Of a DNA stretch of 32,000 nt, positions 27,976-32,000 are shown piece by piece. Made by a program: the position numbers and the translations under genes. The first letter of the stretch is position 1. The number at the start of each line of letters is the position of its first letter. The notes under the pieces are model-generated. The model was not told the origin of the DNA. It saw nothing but the letters and a program-made list of their open reading frames with translations, and did no database searches. The stretch comes from an uncultured Gemmataceae bacterium (lineage in GTDB: Bacteria; Planctomycetota; Planctomycetia; Gemmatales; Gemmataceae), in contig CAWDRY010000038.1 of the NCBI GenBank assembly GCA_963804745.1, positions 56,047 to 88,046 on the forward strand, written 5' to 3'.

Positions 27976-28191
27976 TCATATTACGTTCTCAGTTTCTTCG
28001 GCCTTTTTCAAAACTCGCTTCGCCTCCGCCAGCGCCGCACGGATAGCGAACTGCGTCATCGGTCGGCGATCGATTTTGGCGGCGGCTTGAACAAGTTCGT
28101 ACTCCTCTTCCGTATACCAGAGTTGCGACGGCTTGTAGCCGAGTTTCGCCATGCGTTTCCCGCCAGATTCTGTGCCTTGCTTTTTGAGCAT
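27976..28191 (-). CDS. ribbon-helix-helix (CopG/MobC-like) protein
   Basis: YTEEEYELVQAAAKIDRRPMTQFAIRAALAEAKR fits a strand-helix-helix pattern. The start is uncertain (ATG at 28191 or 28152; the ORF-track start at 28245 overlaps the upstream gene). Confidence 0.45.
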   Translation of the reverse strand: MLKKQGTESGGKRMAKLGYKPSQLWYTEEEYELVQAAAKIDRRPMTQFAIRAALAEAKRVLKKAEETENVI

Positions 28192-28222
28192 TGGTCCCTC
28201 CCTTGCCGTGTCGATCCCGCCA

Positions 28223-29277
28223 TCACGATTGTTCCTCAGGATCATTCTGCTCGGAAGCAGGTTCCGGCCATTCAGGCCAGAGCCTTTGGCAAAGGTCGCC
28301 TATTTCAAATTCCTCAACTTCGCCGGAGCTCGGCTCAAGAATGATGTTTACCTGGATGTCAAATGTAACCCTACCCGAGAAATGACCGTCAACGCTACGG
28401 TCTTTGTATTGGCAATTCACGATGCCATCGGCCCGGTAAACGATGAAAATGGAAAGACGATCATCCTCCATTTGCCAGGCATTGATGTAGAATTGCTCCG
28501 GCACATCCGCGAGGTGCGCGAGCTGCGGTGAATCGAAAGAGGGAGTATTGAAATGAGAGGGAAAACTCCCCCAGCCGATGATGTCCTCACTCACGGCTTC
28601 GAAAATCTCGCTGTGGTTGTCCGCAAACAATTGACGAAGGTTGAAGGCTGGGTGTTTGTCGTTGTAAATCATGGGCCACAGTTTTTCAAAGGTCTCCAAT
28701 CGTTGTTTTACGTGTCCTTTCACAAAAGAGAATAAAGTTCGGTAGAACTGGACTCGATTGCTGGGTATCATGCGTTTTTCCAGGTCAGCAGCCAAATCAG
28801 GCGCAGCTCGCCAGGCTTGCCGAAATCGCGCACACTTTCCGTGATTATGGTGATCGTATCTTGGCTGTGGGTCAGAAATTCATCCGCCATTTGCCAGATT
28901 ATTGTGCCCTTAACCGACCTGGATTCGCGTGCTGTTAGAACAATGTCGTTATGGCCTGCCTGCTCGATGCCCAGAACCGTTAACCTGGTGGAAAGCGTTG
29001 TCCTGTAACGATTCTCTTCCTCGTCCAAACAAACAGGTGGAAACCTCCACTCAGCATCCCTTGGCAATAATCTGCTCATTGCTTTTAGCCCCTTGTCGAT
29101 CATTGCCGCTGCATCTTTGATGCCTTTCCGGAAGTTTGTTGCTGCCTCATCCATCACTATTTCAGGCACAACGATTTTCGTATCTTCGCAACTCTTCCAG
29201 TCGCGAAGCCAATTGCATTTCCTTCCCTGAAAGTAAGGATTCTTGACAAATTCCATCGAATCAATGATTACAATCAC
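28223..29277 (-). pseudogene. PIN-like (DUF4935-type) protein, apparently split by one frameshift near 28801
   Basis: The GTG start at 29277 follows GAGGAGG. N-terminal IVIIDSMEF...KIVVPEIVMDEAATNF resembles PIN-like DUF4935 proteins. ORF 28768..29277 ends ..FGKPGELR and the sequence continues as PDLAADLEKRM.. in ORF 28223..28795. The combined 1055 nt is not a multiple of 3. The family call is tentative. Confidence 0.4.
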
Positions 29278-29332
29278 AATTGTCTACCTCCTCTCGTCAG
29301 CTACACTCCATTCCGTTTCTCATAACATTGTC

Positions 29333-29356
29333 ATTCTATACCTGTTCTATAGAATA
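29333..29356. promoter_or_regulatory. AT-rich repeated half-sites / palindrome in the divergent intergenic region (candidate operator)
   Basis: ATTCTATA-cctg-TTCTATAGAAT; TTCTATAGAA (29345-29354) is a perfect palindrome. It lies ~60-80 nt upstream of the PIN-like gene start. Confidence 0.3.
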
Positions 29357-29411
29357 GTCAAGGAGGGAAAATCACTTTTTGCCGCCCAGAAGACGTGGAA
29401 GGCAAAATGGC

Positions 29412-29653
29412 AGCTGGGGTCAGCAACCTTAACAGACATCCTTACTCTTAATATGTTCCTCACCCTGCCGCCGGTGTAAAAGTCCAGGAATGTACCGTGC
29501 CGGCAGCAAGCTATTCCGGGGAACGCGGGTTTGCAGGATAATGGCAGGGCGCCGTCTGGGCTACCTCGTGGCGCCACCTTTGGTAATTTTCCACCAGTGT
29601 TTATTGCCGTGAATCGCTGTTTGCGCCTGCACAGCCACGCTTGTCACCCTTGC
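29412..29653 (+). repeat. copy 1 (full length) of a conserved non-coding 'C element'
   Basis: It aligns by eye along its whole length with 30337-30577 at roughly nine identical positions in ten. It contains the palindrome GTGGCGCCAC at 29568-29577. Confidence 0.9.
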
Positions 29654-29705
29654 GTTATAATACAATTGTGTTAGCATACTATCCGGCGGCGGCCAGGAGC
29701 AGTGT

Positions 29706-29987
29706 ATGGACTTGCGGGATGCGTTGATCGATTGGGACGATTCGGATGATGAGGACAGCAACACGGCCCACATTGCGGAACATGACCTGACGCCGGAAGA
29801 GGTCGAATCGGCTCTCTTCGACGAAAACACAAGGTTTGACGTGAGCGACTCGTCCGGCCGTCCCATTGCATTCGGCAACACCGATACGGGCCGGTTTATC
29901 GCCATCGTGTTCGACGTGCTGAACCCGGCCGATCCGCTCGTTATCCGCCCGATCACCGCCTACGACGTTCCCGAACCGAAGGAGTGA
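29706..29987 (+). CDS. BrnT-like (DUF497-type) toxin
   Basis: 93 aa. WDD....N..HIAEHDLTPEEVESAL, GRPIAFGNTDTGRFIAIVF and VIRPITAYDV follow the BrnT pattern. An AGGAG Shine-Dalgarno precedes the start. Confidence 0.55.
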   Translation: MDLRDALIDWDDSDDEDSNTAHIAEHDLTPEEVESALFDENTRFDVSDSSGRPIAFGNTDTGRFIAIVFDVLNPADPLVIRPITAYDVPEPKE

Positions 29988-29991
29988 AGCC

Positions 29992-30327
29992 ATGAAGCCA
30001 ACGATGAAGTCAAAACGTACCGCCGAGCAGCGGACCGAGGAAGAAGCCGTCCGCCGCCAGCACGCGGCAAATCCAATCCTACAACGGCCGGCCGGGACCA
30101 TTGATCGCCAGAGTTTTGCAGCTATCTTAAGTCTTGTGGCGCGATTCAAAGCTGTCCGGGAAAGCCAGGGGTTGACGCTGACCGAGGTGGCCGAGCGGAT
30201 GGGGATCGACTCGCCGGCTCTTTCCCGATTGGAAACGGGCAAGATGCTGAACCCTACGCTGGCGACGCTACACAAATGGGCGGAAGCTCTCGGCCAGAAA
30301 CTGGAGGTTGACTTGTCGTCCGCATGA
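29992..30327 (+). CDS. XRE-family HTH antitoxin
   Basis: QGLTLTEVAERMGIDSPALSRLETGKMLNPTLATLHKWAEALG is a classic Cro/C1-type HTH. The start is 4 nt after the toxin stop, with an AAGGAG Shine-Dalgarno. Confidence 0.75.
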   Translation: MKPTMKSKRTAEQRTEEEAVRRQHAANPILQRPAGTIDRQSFAAILSLVARFKAVRESQGLTLTEVAERMGIDSPALSRLETGKMLNPTLATLHKWAEALGQKLEVDLSSA

Positions 30328-30336
30328 CCGGTCGTA

Positions 30337-30577
30337 GCGGGGGTCAGAAACCTTAACGGACATCCTCACTCTTAATATGTTCCTCACCCTGGCTCCGGCG
30401 TGAAAGTCCAGGAATGCACCGTGCCGGCAGCAAGCTATTCCGGGGAACGCGGGTTTGCAGGATAATGGCAGGGTGCCGTCCGGGCAACCTCGTGGCGCCA
30501 CCTTTGGTAATTTCCCACCAGTGTTTATTGCCGTAAATCACTGTTTACGCCTGCACAGCCACAGTTGTCAGGCTTGC
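30337..30577 (+). repeat. copy 2 (full length) of the C element
   Basis: It starts ~10 nt after the XRE stop codon. The palindrome GTGGCGCCAC lies at 30492-30501. Confidence 0.9.
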
Positions 30578-30644
30578 TGAGTGATGAGAACGTGCTATTC
30601 TGAACGAGAAGAGAGAGACCTGATTATTTTACAGGAGGCTTTCG

Positions 30645-31322
30645 ATGAGCGTGCAGCAGAAAAGTCTGCCCGGTTTCGTGGTTACTATTCGGCCGGTTGC
30701 TGAAGAACCGAACGCATATTCCGTCAGCTATGTGCCGCGCGGACTCCAGCAAGCACGCACTCAGGGTGGCGGGGTGAAACGTGTACACGACAAATTCCTT
30801 CCTTACAAGGCGCTGGTCACGATTCAAGGGGACGAGATTGCCGTCAATTGGCAGAAAAAGCCTTCCTTTCCGGAAGTGACGCCAGAGGAATTTGACGAAG
30901 ATATGCGGGAGCGCATCCGCCTCATGCTCGGATGGCTGAGCCTCATCTCGCAGTTGATCGACTCCGTGCGCGAATGGGCCGCAGGGCTTGACTGGTCCAC
31001 GAAAGTCGTCGCGAAACCGATGGAGGATTCGGAGATCGGCAATTACACGGCTCCTGCGTTGCTTCTACAGCGAGAGGTCACCAAGATCCTCCTTGAGCCG
31101 ATCGCAAGGCACGGACCTGGCATGGAGGGCCTGGTGGATTTGTATCTCATGCCCGGGTATGACGACATCGCCAGCCTTTATTATTACAACGACCGCTGGA
31201 ATCTTCATTACCAGCTTCCTCCGGCCGGTGTCGCTGCGAATATTCGGGAAGGGAAGGTGAAGCCGCTTACCAAAGCGAGTTTTCTCAAAGTCCTCGAGGA
31301 GATGAGGCAGCATGCCCAGTGA
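30645..31322 (+). CDS. hypothetical 225-aa protein (no family recognised)
   Basis: Intact ORF with an AGGAGG Shine-Dalgarno 7 nt upstream. It is followed 30 nt later by a HEPN-like gene. Confidence 0.5.
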   Translation: MSVQQKSLPGFVVTIRPVAEEPNAYSVSYVPRGLQQARTQGGGVKRVHDKFLPYKALVTIQGDEIAVNWQKKPSFPEVTPEEFDEDMRERIRLMLGWLSLISQLIDSVREWAAGLDWSTKVVAKPMEDSEIGNYTAPALLLQREVTKILLEPIARHGPGMEGLVDLYLMPGYDDIASLYYYNDRWNLHYQLPPAGVAANIREGKVKPLTKASFLKVLEEMRQHAQ

Positions 31323-31352
31323 AGCTTCGGCTGGAACACCCGGATCAAGGCC

Positions 31353-31769
31353 GTGGAGCGGGAATATACCACGGTTCGGCTGGCCATGAATCGGCTCGAC
31401 CAGCATGCCAAGGACAATCCAGCCATTCTCACCGGCGACTTGCGAATCCGAGATATTACGACCGCCTCCAACCGGTTGGAAGGCACCTATATCATTCGCC
31501 TGTTTGCCGAGTTTGAGACTGGCCTGCGGCAATTCATGAAGGCATTCAAGTACCGCCTTCCAAAATCCACGGAGGCATTGTTGAACCGCGTGAAGGACAG
31601 GGTGGCATTTCCAAGGAGTTCGGACAATGCTCACGCTGTTCGCGATTACAGAAACACGTTAGTCCACGACCGCCAGGAGCATGCTGATCGGGTATCTGTG
31701 CGGGAGGCAACCCGATATCTCGGCTGCTTCATGGGCTGGCTACACGCTACTGGTGATTTATCTGGATGA
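31353..31769 (+). CDS. HEPN-like protein (Rx4H motif)
   Basis: 138 aa with a GTG start. The C-terminal AVRDYRNTLVHDR contains an R-x4-H motif within a predicted helical protein, as in HEPN RNase families. The assignment is tentative. Confidence 0.4.
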   Translation: MEREYTTVRLAMNRLDQHAKDNPAILTGDLRIRDITTASNRLEGTYIIRLFAEFETGLRQFMKAFKYRLPKSTEALLNRVKDRVAFPRSSDNAHAVRDYRNTLVHDRQEHADRVSVREATRYLGCFMGWLHATGDLSG

Positions 31770-31776
31770 ACGTGGA

Positions 31777-31937
31777 GCGGAGCTTAGAAATCTTAACGGA
31801 CATCCTTAGTATTAATATGGTCCGCTCCCTGGCTCCGGTGTGAAAGTCCAGGAATGCACCGTGCTGGCGTTGAGATATTCCGGGGAACGCGGGTTTGCAG
31901 GATAATGGCAGGGCGCCGTCTGGGTAACCTCGTGGCG
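31777..31937 (+). repeat. copy 3 (left ~160 nt only) of the C element
   Basis: It starts ~8 nt after the HEPN stop. It aligns with copies 1 and 2 up to ..CCTCGTGGCG, then diverges completely (GGCGGGAACCGGGG..). Confidence 0.85.
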
Positions 31938-32000
31938 GGCGGGAACCGGGGCCATTCTCCCTTTTTCTCCCCCCCAATCCACCACAAAACCTGCCAAAAC

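Noticed and set aside
30395-30480. Possible riboswitch: GTGAAAGTCC recalls the cobalamin GGTGAAAATCC box, and CAGGATAATGGCAGG recalls the TPP CTGGATAATGCCAG hairpin
   Set aside because: Only short fragments resemble these motifs. The B12 box and the TPP CUGAGA/ACCC elements are absent, and the TPP-like segment cannot form the required hairpin. The downstream genes are toxin-type, not cofactor-related.
29412-31937. C elements as classical integron attC sites
   Set aside because: At ~240 nt the element is much longer than typical attC sites. I could not find RYYYAAC / GTTRRRY cores at its ends. The first copy is not preceded by an intI/attI arrangement, and no integrase is in the window. The integron analogy is kept only as a loose structural comparison.
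31938-31975. tRNA-like 3' end on the minus strand next to copy 3 (CCGGTTCCCGCCCGCCA)
   Set aside because: I could find no T-loop consensus (GGTTCRANYC) and could draw no acceptor/T-stem pairing. The window also ends too soon to evaluate a full gene.
29347-31997. Minus-strand ORFs inside the C elements (29347..29577, 30268..30501, 30353..30541, 31747..31977, 31793..31987) as a repeated small protein family
   Set aside because: Differences between copies are scattered over all codon positions, with many radical amino-acid changes. Start and stop positions differ between copies, and there are no ribosome-binding sites. These look like ORF artefacts of a conserved non-coding repeat.

Overview
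GC-rich bacterial chromosomal segment. The gene content looks planctomycete-like: a DUF1501 fragment, a DUF1571 lipoprotein, and a Ser/Thr kinase fused to an FGE/SUMF1 domain. This taxonomic call is inference only. Several ORFs are intact: a cysteine desulfurase (2539-3675), a feoA-feoB-Cys-rich partner-DUF4337 operon (12374-16302), zwf (19381-20946), a DUF1571 lipoprotein, a secreted OB-fold protein and a methyltransferase-like gene. Around them lies a mosaic of accessory material. It includes VapBC, Xre/RES and BrnT-like/XRE toxin-antitoxin pairs and a MazEF remnant. It also includes an ISNCY-like insertion sequence with a 16-17 bp target duplication, and an SNF2 helicase + SWIM zinc-finger pair riddled with frame changes. 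Further items are an RND-transporter derivative that keeps only the periplasmic domains, and truncated Uma2 and DUF1501 genes. Three candidates stand out. (1) At 29.4-31.9 kb, three same-orientation copies of a conserved ~160-240 nt non-coding element separate different two-gene cargo modules. The third copy loses homology in the middle of a GTGGCGCCAC palindrome, so this may be an integron-like or att-accretion cassette array, or a structured RNA family. No recombinase is visible in the window. (2) Two mutually inverted arrays of an octanucleotide repeat bracket the feoA stop and the feoB start, and a heptanucleotide array lies inside feoB. (3) About 18 reading-frame breaks all fall in accessory genes, while the housekeeping-type ORFs are clean. 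No rRNA, tRNA or CRISPR array was recognised. All family assignments come from motif recognition by eye; no searches were run.
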